Below the pieces are notes generated by a model that made no database searches, was not told the DNA's origin, and was given only the letters and a program-made list of their open reading frames with translations. From positions 5,119,741 to 5,183,740 of the forward strand of contig MU058636.1 in NCBI GenBank assembly GCA_013265495.1: a stretch of DNA of 64,000 nucleotides, written 5' to 3'. The stretch comes from Vicugna vicugna (taxonomy: Eukaryota). Below, one piece after another: positions 24,321 to 37,429 of the stretch (the stretch's first letter is position 1; each line of letters starts with the position of its first letter). The position numbers were made by a program, and so were the translations under genes.

Positions 24321-24754
24321 TGTTATTCGAGCCAGCATCTTAAACGCTCCAGTCGAATCTGCCAATTCCCCCTCTACCTGACTACTCAACCAGTTGATAT
24401 CCTGCCTTCATCAGTCTGCTGAAATTACTCTTAGGAAGGCCACCAGTCACCTAATCACCAACTTCAGTGGGGGCTTCTGGATTTTCCAGTTCTTATCATA
24501 CTTAACTCTGTAGCATGTAATAGTGTTGATTCTCTTCCTTCTTGAAATATTTTACTTTGATGTAGCAGCCAGAGTTCAGTGCAGGACATAGAAACCACTT
24601 CAGTTATTTTTAACTAGTTAAATAGAAACAAGAAAATAATCACTTTAGTTATTTTTCTAAGAAATATCATCTAGATAGTCTTTTGGGAGATATAAGAAAT
24701 TATATGTTTGCAAAGACATTTGAAGAGCTGGTGGGCAGATTGACATGGTTCTTC

Positions 24755-24900
24755 CATAGAGCCTTTAGGCAGAGAATGACCTGTTGACATTTTGATGTTG
24801 AACTCCTAGCTTCCAGAACTGTGAGACATTAAAATTCTGTTGTTTTAAGCCACACTGTTTGTGACACTTTGTTTTGACAGGCCTAGGAAACTAAAGCACA
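24755..24900 (+). mobile_element. MLT1C/D LTR 3' fragment
   Basis: CTAGCTTCCAGAACTGTGAGACATTAAAATTCTGTTGTTTTAAGCCAC...CCTAGGAAACTAA. Confidence 0.8.
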
Positions 24901-27900
24901 GTGTCATGATCTTCATCCACTTGTCCGTTCATCTCCTGCCTTTTTTCCAAGTACAAAGGAAAACTTCTTCCTCTTCCCAGGCTGTGGGGTACTATTTGCC
25001 TCTGGGCTTTTGCTCCGGAAAGCCTCCCTACCTATCATGCCCATGTCCACCAAAAAACTCCTACTTTCATCATTTATGACAACTTCAACATATCTTCTTG
25101 CACTCTTCCCTGTCGTTCACAGAGTTAGACATGTTCTTCTCACGAGCACATATCCCTCAGTATACATCTGCACCAGGACTTGTGTAATATTAGATAGTAG
25201 TTATCTGTTTGCTCTATTTTCCCCAGTAGACAGTGAAGCTCCGTGAAGACAGAGACAGCCAGATCTTTTTATCTTTTGCATTCAGGCTAGAGTCTGAAAG
25301 GTAGGTGCTTAATACTGGCTGTAAATACTTGCTGTGTAAAGCTCCTTTGATCCTAGGTCACTGGATCATATTTCCTAGAGAATTGCTTCTAGAATTGGTG
25401 GAGTTTTACACTAAGGGGTAGAGGGTGCCAAGACGTGGGGTGCCCAAAAGGAAAGAGTTGGTAACCTTTGTCCTTGCCCACCATTCCTGGAAAAGTGAGA
25501 GTACTAGTGGATCCCTGATTAAATGCCCCACTGCTCCCAAGGCATTTCTGGATTCCAGAACATGTTCTGTGCCAGAGGCTCGGGACTGGCCACGTGGAAC
25601 ATTATGCAAAGTTTCGGAGAGTATTTACACTTTATGGACTGTCACTGAGAAAATGGATTTTCCATCCTGGACTCCAATCTGATATTTCTCAAGGTGTAAG
25701 AGAGGAAAATGAATGTCAGGTTGCTGAGGGTTCCTTTTAATCTAAACAAGCAGTTCTGTGTCGAGTTCAGACTCGTATGCAGATAGCTCGAGTACCCCTG
25801 GAAGCTGGGTATGGGTAAAAGAGGTGTAAGTCTTGGTGTCTTTTGCCTTGACTAAGTGGGTCTCTGTCAAATTAGTTTGTGATGCCTTCCTGAGAATTCT
25901 CCATTTTTATAACTTCTCTCCTCTCTGGTCAATTCTCCATGCTTCTGTTGCTGTTCTCATCATGACACTCCCTGCCCTCAGATCATTGAAAGCTCCTTAT
26001 TTCACACAGAATAAAGTCCAGACTCCACAGACTGTCCAGATCTCTCCTGTCTCTGGCTTCACTCTAGTGTCCAGGCTCAGTGCTGGCTGCCCACCTCTTT
26101 TCTCCTGCTCTTGGAGAAGGACTTCCACTTAAGTTCCACTGTTGAATTGCTGTTTATTCTTCCAAGTTTAAGTGAGATGTCATCTCTTCCCTTTTTGGGG
26201 AAGCCTTTTTGGTTTCCTGACTAAAGCCACTGCCTCCTTTTTAGGATGTTCACAGAATTTTGTTGATACATTCCATTCTGCCTTAATACTGTTTTTTTTT
26301 TTAATAAGAATTTCCTCAAGTGTGACTAGAAATAGGGAATAATTTCAGTATAACACAGAAATTGTGATGATCCCCTGTGATTTTTCTCAGCGTGCTAATG
26401 TTTTCTAGAAATCAGGATCATGTTTTCTCATAATTAGAGAGCAAACCTGGGCAATATATGGAGACTTTAAGTAAAAAGATTAAAACCTACCAAAGTGCCT
26501 TTCTCTAGTGCAAGTACTGGCTGGATGCGTGACCTCCAGTGCCACTCTGCTTTTCACCATTTAGCTGTTTTGGTGAAGTTGTGTACACTGATGAAGAAAC
26601 TGCAAAGACATTTACCCCTGTGTTAAAAGAATGTGTTGATAAGGAAAGCCACACCATAAATCAGATGATTAGTTCGATAAGATGATTTCTATTCAAAGCA
26701 AATGGCTATGGCTGAGAAATGGTGTCTGTAGTTTCTTTTAGAAACTGTGAAGATCCATCTTTATTTTTCATTTCCAGTTTCTTATGAATTTTTATTTATA
26801 TAATTAGCATTTTTAAGTGGAGCATTTTAATATAAAGGGTCAGAAATAAATAAGTTATTTCAGAGCAGATACAGGTTTCTGCAGGCCAGATGGAAGTATC
26901 AGAGAGCTTCCACAGAGAGAGCCTCCAAAGCTGATGGATTTTTGGCAGATAGATGAACCATTAAAGTGAAGATGGTAGCTGGAGTCCAAAGAATCCGAGT
27001 TGAGAGACAATGAGCAGGAAGTGAGTGAAGATGGGAACCCGGAAAGTAAACAGAGAAAGACAAATGCAATAGAACTGAAAGGCCAGAGGATGACCAGGGT
27101 TGTGCTAAGGGAACTGAGAGAGAATTCTAGAAGAAATAATAAGGTTATGGTAGCTGGACTTTCAGCCACAGTGAAGTGACAACAGGAAGTTCAGGAGAAT
27201 TAGAAGTTGAAAGCCCTTGAGAAGGGACAGAAGGGCCTTAAGTTGTGACCTTGGCGTAAGGACCACTACTCCCTTGCAGTGACTGGACTCCTGCCTGCAT
27301 CCCGAAGCTCAACTATCTCAGGACTGAGTTCACTACCCCTTCTGTAGTACATACAGTCTACACCAATGGTTTTCAACCCTTTAGCAAAGAGGGTATGGGT
27401 AATTACTATTTAAATTGCTTTTAAGTTTAGTTTTTGGAAAATTATAGACCATTTAAAAAATATGAACAGACCAAGCAATTCATGACAAACTAAATGGATA
27501 ATGATGAAGCCAGACTAACTGTAATTTATAATTATAAATCAAAAAGCAGCAACTGGAAACTCTAACCAACTGAAGACAACACTTACCATGCACTAACAGC
27601 AACGAGTTCTTCCAGAAAATTGTGGAAATTACAAACCTCTATCCATGTACTTTTGTCGTCAATGGTTGTGTGACTGCCAGACTTATTAGGAGAATACTGA
27701 ATTAGTTAGTGGCTTTGGTAAATTCCAGTCACATGTTAATTTTGGTTTATGAATTCTAATTTTGGTTTCTATCCAAACCAAACTGAGTAGCCCTAATTTG
27801 TGGTTGAGCAGCAATTTGAGGGATAACCTACAAATGCAGAGGATAGGATTTTCACATTTGGATCAGTTTAAGACTCATTAGGTGGCCTGTAAGGGGACTC

Positions 27901-28139
27901 ACTGGAGAAAATATTGCTCTGGGGAAAGAGATGAGATGGGATGAGAGAGGTGCTGTATCAGAATATCTTGGGGGCATGTGTAGTTTGGAAACAATTATAT
28001 ATAATTTTTTTGAATTTAAAATAATATATTAAAGGAGGGCGTGAGATTATGTTTGTGCAAATGCAAGACGTATTAAAAGCTGTCAAAGCACTGAACATAT
28101 GAAATCATTGTAAGTGGAATGGCAAATTCATCCTCAGAT

Positions 28140-28590
28140 TTGTTTACATATAGAATCTGGTTGAATGGAATGGATGCTCTTAGTTGAGTCTCTGGCCTCA
28201 GGTCCATGGCCAGAGACTACCAGGCCCCTCCTCTCCACGCCCTCCAGTGACCCCTCTGAGCCTCTCTCCTTCCACTCTCCTCATTGCCCTTCCCCTCTGG
28301 CCATGCTGGCGTTTTATTGTTCCTCAAACACCAAGGTGTGCTTTTGTCTTAGGGTCTTTGCTGGGAATGCTCTTGCCTTAGATGTCATCATGGCTTACTC
28401 CCTGACTTAACCTCCAGTGTTTGTTTGAAAACTCATTTTCATAATGAGATCTACCATGACCACCTGTTTAATCTGCAAACTGCCCTGCTCTCCTGTCCCC
28501 TAGCTCCTGAATGCACTTATCCTGCTCTGTTTTTTTAATAGCACATCTCTCTCTGATATACTGTATGATTTATGTAATTGTGCTATTTTT
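28140..28590 (+). mobile_element. L2a fragment
   Basis: CTGGCCATGCTGGC...TTCCTCAAACACC...CTTAGGGTCTTTG...GGAATGCTCTT...ATGGCTTACTCCCT. Confidence 0.75.
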
Positions 28591-28594
28591 TTGA

Positions 28595-28850
28595 GACATG
28601 AGTCCATTGAGAGAGATTTTGAAACTCAGGTCTCTAATAGTATTTAGAAGGTCTATTTCCTCTCTAGTTATCCAAGGAAGATAATTTTGAACATTGTAGT
28701 CCTTTCTGATTGGGCATAAGTAACATTCCCTCATATTTAACTTGAACTGTTTAAAAACATAAATAAAACTTCTCAAGACTTCTTCCATTAACATTGTTTA
28801 TGGTCACTTCTGATCCAATTGGATGTTAGGCTTGCAAAATTGTTTCCTCT
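28595..28850 (-). mobile_element. Old L1 ORF2 fragment
   Basis: ORF 28570-28794 contains YLPWITREEIDLLN, similar to L1 ORF2 LPRLNQEEIESLN. Confidence 0.5.
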
Positions 28851-28929
28851 TTTCCCTTCTGGTCTGTAGAGGATGCTGTAGTGCACCACCCAGATCCTGG
28901 GTTCTCACAAAGTGAAGTAGAAACGCTGG

Positions 28930-29745
28930 GATTGCTACAGCAGACAGTGGACATCTACTCCCTAAGACCAAAAGGCTTAGAGAAGTGAGCATGGTAATGT
29001 CGATACACTGCGCAAGGCTGGGAAACCCACCAGCCAAGTCAGTTCCACAGAAGGCCCAGAGGACACTGTGTTTACCAAAGAAATAAGGAACCCACTAACT
29101 GAGGGCCACCAGCCAGGGCTGATGGTAGGTGATTCTGTTGAAGCACGAGGAAGGATCCTGACAGCAATGGATGATAAAATTCCTAATATAACAGAGTCCA
29201 GGTGGCACAATGTTCTTTATGGGCAACAGAAAGGAACGGCTGCCTTGGGGGCATGGTGTGCAGAGACCCATGGAGATGACTAATGAAACATGTGTCCTCA
29301 TGGCAAGATAGATAGGCTGGCAACAAGAGTATTGTTCAGCTGAAGCAGGTGAAAGAAATCAAGGATAGATCATCAGGAGGCTGAAGGGACCTCAATAAAA
29401 AGTCGAAATTCTTTGTCCTGTTTCTTCATCCAAACTGGTTACTCAGCATGGAGTAAGTACTTTGAATCAGGGACTATTACACAAATTATGTAGGTAGACA
29501 AGGGTCTGGAAACCAAGGAGTTGAAGTAGAAACGGCCCTTTTCACCGTTACTACCAGTAACTCACTTGGGGGAATTTGTGCTCCCAGCCCCTATAATTTT
29601 AGGTTCAGCTGGATTTAAGGTCCTGATCCCAAGGGAGGGATGGTCTACCAAGGGATGCAATAAGGCCTTCTAAATCTGAAGTTATGGCCGCTATCTGGCA
29701 CTTTGGGTTCCTCATATAAGTAGACCAGCAGGCAAAGAAAGGAGT
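28930..29745 (+). mobile_element. ERVL/MaLR internal sequence (gag-like and dUTPase-region remnants)
   Basis: GGCCCAGAGGACACT...ACCAAAGAAATAAGGAA (GPEDT-FTK-IRN, ERVL gag-like) and GGCACTTTGGGTTCCTC...GACCAGCAGGCAAAGAAAGGAGTT (ERVL dUTPase region). Confidence 0.78.
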
Positions 29746-30092
29746 TGCCCTAATGCTGTAATTTGTTCTAACTTTGCAACCGATGTTTATTATCTCTATG
29801 TCTAGAATGCATTCTAGATTCTTCTCACCTTCAGGCAATTCTGCTGGTCTAGGTTACCTGCCCAGCTTACCCAGTTAGGTTGCTTACCTTAAGGTATGCA
29901 GACCTTCATCTCTAATATGTCATCATGCCCTTTTCAGGGTGTGGCTGCTTCATTGCCCATCTTACAGTTATTTTTGGTAATGGAAGCACCAAGAAACTCT
30001 GCAGCGAATTCCAGATATCCCTTACCTGCCCCCATTATGGAACAGCAGCCCTATCTCTTCATGATAACTGAGGTCAGTTACCCTGGCAGTCT
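29746..30092 (-). mobile_element. ERVL/MaLR internal 3' segment in opposite orientation
   Basis: The reverse complement reads GGGTAACTGACCTCAGTTATCATGAAGAGATAGGGCTGCTGTTCCATAATGGGGGCAGG...GAAGGTGAGAAGAATCTAGAATG (GLLFHNGGR, EGEKNLE). Confidence 0.7.
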
Positions 30093-31589
30093 CTGAGGCT
30101 CCCAGGGTTGCAGGAGTGGTCCCACTGGAATGCAGGGCATACCCTCCTCCAGATCTCTGCAGCTGTATTGTTGCTGCTTGGGTTTTTGTTTTATCTCTCT
30201 TAAGAGCATCTCCTTCAGCTTCTGATCCTCATGCTCAAATTCCCTGCTAGCCCTGATCAAACAAAAACATGCATATCCTCCCAAGAACAAACAGCAGTGT
30301 CCTGTTAGCCTCTGGGCTCAGGCTAATGACAAATGGCCTTTCTGGCTGCATGTGCAAGACTGTCCCCTGATGCCTCTTAGAAAGGAGGTTGGAATTTTGA
30401 GGATGGCAGGGCCACTTCTAAGAGGGCCCCAAGGAGGCCGGCTCTGGGTAGCTCTTGCCAACCACCCGAACAGGAAAGTGACTGTCACAGTTTCTTTCTG
30501 AAGTGACTGGACCATGTGAGGACAACTAGGTGAACGTCCTCATCGTCAATGTGAATTTTAAAGCCTTCCAGGAGTCCCTCTCCCAGCCCAGACTCGGCGA
30601 ACAGGAGGGAGTCTTGGGAAAGCTGACTCATCCTGCTTAGCTCAACTCTGCTCTGCCTCCCACTCAGTCCTAAACTGCTGCACAGATTGTGCTGGATAAA
30701 TTGACATTAAAAGTTATTAAAGGAACAAGTCGACAGTTTAGAAGGTGTGCATTCATGGCAGGCGTCTACAGAGCTCTGGAAGAGCTGGGGCAGGGTATGG
30801 TGATGTGGTGAGTCACAGAACCAGGGCCTCACAGCTCCGAAAGCTGGCAGAAATCCCAGCGCTCGCGGAGGCCCAGCACGGCCCCTTAAGGAGACAGCCA
30901 TACTGGAACCCCGTGGCAGCTCAGTGCAGCCATATCTGTGATACCAGGTTTCATGCTCCGTGGGCTTATGTAACTATTTGGGTTTTACACAGACATTTGT
31001 GTGTTTATGTCTTCCTTTCAATATCATTGTTTTTTATTTTTGGCAGCCTAGTGGTAACTAATCTTGGTGGGGGTGGGGTCCCTCCTGTCTGTATGTGGGC
31101 AGCTCTAGCTTCCTGTCTGCCCTGGTCCCTAGGATGCCGCACGCCCAGGGGTTGCTTCTTGCTCCTCTCTGTTGCCCCGTTATATTGCATCACACCCAGC
31201 CTGGTGCTTCTCGGCACTCATTTCTTTAACTCTTGTGTTGCCACCCAAGTGTTTGTGGGTGGTTTGTTTTCCTTTCCAGATCGTGAGCTCCTGGTCTGGG
31301 TAAATATCTGGCCTCCCCTACTGTGCTATGAAGACAGTAGGTGCTCCCCAAAGAGAGTTTGTGTGAGTGACTCTGGAGCTGCTTCAAGGGCCGGCATCTG
31401 GAGGAAGACATTAACCTGTTTCTTGTAATTTGCTCTATGAGGGCAGCAGAGGTACTTGTTAGAATTTAATGTCAAATCAGCCAAGACTTGCCTGTGACTC
31501 GAGGGGCTAGGCTGCAGTGCCTAGGTTTTGTAGCAGGCTTCCTTGGGCGTTTTTGCAGGTAACTGTGGTTGTCTGATAAGTGACTTCTG

Positions 31590-31850
31590 GATAGTAACAG
31601 TTAACATTTAATTGTGTGTTTGTTGTGTGTCATGTTCTATAGGCTCTGTGTGCATTAGCTCATTTCATTCTTATAACAAGAGTTTGAGCTAAGTTCTCTT
31701 ATTATTTTATAGATGAGGAAACTGAGGCACACAATAGACATTAGGTGCCTTGTCCAGAATCACACCGCTAGCAAGTTATGGAGCTGAGATTGAAACGCAG
31801 ACATTCTGGCTCCAGGACCTGTACTCTGAAGCAGGACACTACAGTGCCTC
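31590..31850 (-). mobile_element. MIR SINE
   Basis: Antisense core ATTTTATAGATGAGGAAACTGAGGCACA. Confidence 0.9.
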
Positions 31851-32459
31851 TCAGAAAGGTCAAAACAGCAACACACCCACCCTCCCATTTACCTATCCAT
31901 CAAAAATGTAAGTCCCCTTTGAAATAAATGGCTTGTATATAATGACTAGGTCTTTAAGACATCCATCAAATCTATTCTACCCCTTTTCCCAAGCACCTTT
32001 TTGGCCGTCGGAGTTAGTAGAGGGCATCCACAGTGAATAAAACTTCTGTCTAGGATTTAGAAAGCAATAATGAACACTGGAAATGATGACAGTAGTTTGG
32101 AATCCACTGAGTTTATTCTGGAGAAATCAAGATAGTGACTGGCTGGAAATTATATGAGTTGCTCTATGTTTGAAAAATTCTAGGAGTTATTTTGTCTTTG
32201 CAGCACTGCATATTAGGTAATGTTCAGGGTGAGCCCTCCCAAGTTTTCTTCATTGTGTTTCAAATGTTGATTTGTATTTTTATATTCTCTTCTCTCCAGA
32301 GCTCTGAAGGATGTTGATTGTCCTTTAGGGTTTAATAGGGTATCTGCCTCTCTTCCTGGGAAGTCACGGGGTGATTTGAATATGTACCTTGGATCTGATT
32401 GTATCATCATTGGCTGCTTAAAGTGGAAAAGGGACAACCTAGGTCCAGATCTTATAATA

Positions 32460-32555
32460 CCAGGCAACTACTAACCTCTTCGGGACTCAGTTTCCTCATC
32501 TACAAGGTGAATGGCCTGAATAAGTTGACCTCCAAGGTCCATCCATGGTTCTGAG
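32460..32555 (+). mobile_element. MIR/MIR3 core
   Basis: CTAACCTCTTCGGGACTCAGTTTCCTCATCTACAAGGTG. Confidence 0.8.
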
Positions 32556-33074
32556 GACTTTTGCCACATTTCTGGACATTTTTCTTACGTGTGTATTAAA
32601 ACTTTTTTATCCTTGGCACTGAGTTTTGGCATAACACTATCTTGAAGGCAAGCCTTCCAATCTTGGAGAATAACATTCTGAAAAGGAGGTGATTTAAATT
32701 TTCACTCTGGACAACTTAAAAAATGCTTTTCTCTGATCATTTTCTCGTTACTCCTTTTCCTAACTGTTGAGTGGGCAGGGTGTCCTGGGAATCAAATAAC
32801 CTTTAAAATTCAGAGGACCAACCTGCAGCTTCTCCTGGAGGCTGCTCACAGGAATCACTTTTTAGATTAGAAGTCTTTTAATAGGAATAAAATGCTCGTG
32901 CTCCCTGCTGGTCTGTTGGCACGTGTCCTAGAATTTGCTAATGTAGCATTCCTCTTCTGGAGTTGGGTCGTTTGTCCGCCATTACCTCAACACCTCTTTG
33001 CTATTAAAAACATCAATGTCAGTGAAAGATTAAAATGACTATGCATCAAAACAGTAACAGCTTAGTGACATGAA

Positions 33075-33260
33075 CGATAATAATATGTGCTGACATCTGT
33101 TGAAGAGTTTGTGTTTGTCTGGCATTGTTTTAAATGCTTTATATACATCAGCTCACTTGATTTTCTTTGAGGTACATATCATTATTTTACAGTTCCTCAA
33201 CTGAGGCACAGAGAAGTTAAGTAACTTGACTAAGATCACACAGCTAATAGTAGTTTTCTG
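33075..33260 (-). mobile_element. MIR SINE
   Basis: ACTGAGGCACAGAGAAGTTAAGTAACTTGACTAAGATCACACAGCTA. Confidence 0.88.
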
Positions 33261-34399
33261 AACTTTGGCTTTTAATATTGGATATGGGTGGGGGTGAGTA
33301 GGGTCCCGCTACAGGATAAAATCCATCTTAATAGATTGGGAAGACTGTATTTGGAGGGAGATTTGCCACCTGGATTCTAATAATTTTTAAATGAACATCT
33401 ACTGGGGAGAACTGTATTGAAAATATTTCTACTCCTGGATGCTTCAGAATGGAACACATATATGGTACTTTCATTCATTTAGTATAAAAAATATTCATTC
33501 CTATTACTATGTACAATGAGGCTGCTGGGTATATTAGAAGAAAGAAGCTTAAAGACAGAGGAGATGCCTGTGCTTCCAGATGTAGAAAAAAAGAGCCAAA
33601 TGATCAGGAAGCAACATTTCTGTCCTCAGATAATTTTATACAAGTGCATAGAGTGTGAAAAATAATGAAACCTAACAGATTTAGAAATAACTAGACAAAT
33701 ATCATCTTGTCCATATGACCAATTAGCAGTGGGTTAGGATTGACAAGTAGAATGGTAGGTTCCAAAAAAACAGAGGTGGTAGGAGGCCAGTGATGCTGTT
33801 AGAATATCATCAGAAGTGACCGCACTGGTAAGAGAAGAAAGCTGGTTACGTTGGTTATGGTAGTTAGCTGCAAGGAAACCCATCTTCTACACACATGAAG
33901 AAGCGTCACAGAATACATAATGGGATCCCATGGACTGAGATGTCAAAGGGAAGGGTTGAAGAAGGAAGGAATCCTCTAACAAAATTAGGCAACCAAACCC
34001 CAGCAGTCCATGAGGAAGGGTGTGGTAGGCAGGTGAAGAAACCATGGGGAAGCACAGGGAGCTCAGGTTACTTCCAGTGACCTTGGCTGGGTTTTGTGAA
34101 GGACAGATGTGTGACATAGACTAACCTGAATATCCAAAGCTGAAACCCAGAATGATCTGAGGGAAAATAGATAGCAAAAAATATATTTTAACTATAATTG
34201 TAGTAAGAAGAAAATGAAGGGCATGTGGTTTCCGCAGCTTTCAGTAGGTGATAAAACAGAAACATCACAATTAGGCAGGTGGAGTCCTAGATCTTTGATT
34301 AACCATACTCAAGCAGCATTGATTAAGAGACTGAAAAATACAGGGAGGGCTTAAAACACAGCCTGTGAGGCTCCGTTCTTGGCCCTGCCTTACTCAACA

Positions 34400-35150
34400 C
34401 ATTAAATACAAAATGTAAAATATACATAAAAGAAGAAAGAACCATAATAAACTGCACTATATCCAACACCCAGATTCTAGACTCATCATGATTGTGACAC
34501 ACTGCCTTCATCCAACCATCATGCTTTCTCTGCTGAAGTATTTTTATAGCAAATCTCAGAAAGCTCGTTATTTTACCACTATACAATTTAGTGGGAATTT
34601 CTAAAAACTGAACATTTTCTTTCATAACACAATAACACTATCACATCAAAGCTAATCATAATTCCCTAGCACGTTTTTTAAAACATCTTGATTGTCTTAG
34701 AATAATTTTTTTAACCATTGGTTATTCAAACCAGGTTCTAAACAAGGTTCTGACATCATATTTGGCTACTATGTGTCTTAAGTCTCTTTTACTCCTGAGC
34801 AGTTGTGCCTGCCTCCTGTATTACTGTTATTTTTTTTTTTTTTAGGCCAGTTGCTGTTGAAGAAACCAGGTCCGTTGTCCTGTGGAATGCCTGTGTTCTA
34901 GATTTGTCGGTTTGCTCTCATGTTGTGTCATTTAACTCATTAATCACTTTTCCTGGAACTGCCAATTAGCTGGATTAGATTCAGATTACTTTTTCATTTT
35001 TAGCAACAATACTTCATAGGTGGGATGGCATACTTCATATTGCATCATGCAGTAGGCACATAACGTTTGCCTGTTCTCACTTTTAGTGTTCCTGATGATG
35101 ATGGAAGTGTTCATATGGTGACAGCCAGTCCTTCCAATATGAAGGTCCCC
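34400..35150 (-). mobile_element. L1MC-type 3'UTR
   Basis: TATTTTTATAGCAAATCTCAGA...CATAACACAATAACACTATCACA...GAAGAAACCAGGTCCGTTGTCCTGTGGAATG...GCAACAATACTTCATAGGTGG. Confidence 0.82.
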
Positions 35151-35154
35151 CCTA

Positions 35155-37425
35155 ATGGTGTGATGAGAGCAGTTTTCCTGGGGCAGTCTCAGTTTATGCG
35201 TGTTCTGCTGGTGTCCTGACCAGTGTATCATTTGTGTTTGATCTTTCATTTTTAAACAGTTACTAACAATTGCCTTAAAATAAGACAAGGTGAGATTTGT
35301 AGACCTCCACTTTGTGCATCCAGCTTCTACCACAGTCTTATCTAGAAGTCTGTGATACACACATGCAGTGAACACAATTCCAACTTTAACATGTGGTTAA
35401 CCTGAAAAAACCCGTTTCCTGATGCAATCTAACTAGCAGTTCCCTTTCAAGGACAGCACGCCGAGTATTGATAGAACAAAGTTTGCTCGGACACAGCTGG
35501 CCAAGGATGGCTGACTCTGTCCAGTTCCAGATGGTAGTGGGTAATTTATTCAATGTTGCTGCCCTCATCAGGCACTGGGTCTACTAGACAGTTGTACAGT
35601 GGCCAGTGCTATACTCTGCAAGACATACGAAACCACCAGACTGTCAGTCATTGTGGTCATTGGGAAATGTAGAAAATTATGGGATGGGCACTTGTAAATG
35701 TGTGTGGCAAGTAGAGGCTGAGCTGGGCTGCCATGGGGGTGTAGTGCAAGTGCTCCTGCGTTATCTACTATATGGCTACGTGGCTACAGCTGTGCATTTG
35801 TTTTTGATAAACTCTCCTGCTGGCAAAAATCTAAATAAATGGCAATCTACATTTAATGGGAAATTAAGTAATAAAAGTCTACTTCTTGAGAAATTGATGA
35901 TGAATGCATAACTCATCCCAAAATGTTTGTCAATATTTACCACACGCCATGGGGACCACAGTGATTTACCAACCGCGTGAAAATGTGAAGATAGAAAACT
36001 CACAGAGAATTATCAGCATCTGCCTCAAAAGTTAGTGGTTGTTTAAAGAAGACTATGCATAAGGATGGTGGTTTAACATCTGCAGCTGCGGAAGGTGCTT
36101 TTACACATCACTCTGTCAATCATGACTTTTCATTTAGATCAAATAACTATATTCTAAATTAATTTTGCTCATTTTAAATCCCAAGTTTTCTTATTTATTT
36201 ATGAAAAGTGAAATGATAGCTATTGATCTCTTCATGCCAGTATCAGAAGAGGTTTGTAAACAGTTAAACGAAGATGGAGTCATATCAGTGGAATCAGCGT
36301 CTTCAAACAGAAGTCATTTAATTCCAGTAATGTAGATGTTTTGTCATCTGCTGCACAGAATCAAAATGAAGCTTTTAGACATTCATTCTGTTGAAGGGAA
36401 CATTATTGTTAATGCTGTTATAAATTGAGATGTACATTTAACATTAGAGAAAAATAATTTATTTTTATGGTGATTAATGACAAATACAAAATTTAGTGGA
36501 GTCAGGTATTGTAAAAACAATGTTTTTAGTAAATTAAGAAACTTGTGGAGCATAAGTATACTTGTGATTGTGATGCACACATAGTTTATAATTTTATACA
36601 AACAAGCTGCACTATTTTGCTAGTCGAAATAATAGCCTTAGTTGTCAAAATTTAAAACTATTTAAACATTATCACAATTATAATTGAATGACTAAATTTT
36701 TCTGATGAAGTATTTTTTGTTTTCTTCAAAAAAAGATGAACTTGATGAATATGAAAAAATATTTTAGATGGCTGAACATGCTTGCTTTCTTTGCTGCCAG
36801 CTATGAGCCATGGTTTAAGTATGCATGAGCCTTTGAAGAATGACTTTGTAAACCAGCTGATGTGTTCTACAATGACATTGAAATTTCCGCAAAAGATTCT
36901 GATAAATTTTGGTTGTATTCTGTTCAAAATAAAGTTGAAAAAATTTAATTATTGTATTCAAAGTTGGATACGGCACCAAAAATTTCAGCTTTTGAAGCTT
37001 TTGGAGAAATTTAATTATTGAGAAAAGAGCTTGTGAATAGGAAGGCATCAAAAATTATCTCTATAAAAAGCAAGGGAAAAACAGTACAAATGAAACAATG
37101 AGAACTCAAACTATATTTAAAATTTAATTTTGAATTATTATAATTGTACCTTGGAATATATTGAACTGTGGGAAGAATCTCTTGATGGAACTTTTACCTT
37201 AATTAAAAATTTATATTCTGTATTGGAATGAAATTATTTGAGAAGGTTTCTGATTTTGTAATATTGTCATTCAACGAAAAGTGAATATAATCATAAATAG
37301 AGACCATGTATTTAATGAGTTTTATCTTGCTGAAATGGTGGTTAAAAGATAGAGGCAAAAGACAATTCTTTCAAAAGTACTTGGGCTAAAATATTTATGC
37401 ATTTCAAGATAAAGAGTATTAGAGG
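35155..37425 (+). mobile_element. hAT-Blackjack DNA transposon fossil with decayed transposase
   Basis: The left end GTTTTCCTGGGGCAGTCTCAGTTTATGC resembles MER94/Blackjack subterminal sequence. Transposase motifs are AAAEGAFTHHSVNHDFSFRS (36082-36141), TNTKFSGVRYCKNNVFSKL (36480-36536), CDAH (CxxH, 36569-36580) and LSLLPA (~36785). Many stops and frameshifts. Confidence 0.85.
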
Positions 37426-37429
37426 ATGG

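Noticed and set aside
27362..27830. hAT-Charlie element starting CAATGGTTTTCAACCC
   Set aside because: I see only one TIR-like end and cannot identify the family or the other terminus.
29801..29818. 18-bp perfect palindrome TCTAGAATGCATTCTAGA as an inversion breakpoint
   Set aside because: ERVL-like similarity appears to continue past it to ~29746, so it is internal to the inverted segment and compatible with chance.
30745..31428. 227-aa ORF, the longest in the window
   Set aside because: It has a non-ATG start, no recognisable domain and no convincing splice or promoter context. One ORF of this length in 64 kb is plausible by chance.
35820..37425. Domesticated hAT transposase gene (ZBED-like)
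   Set aside because: Numerous stops and frameshifts leave only fragments of about 100 aa or less.
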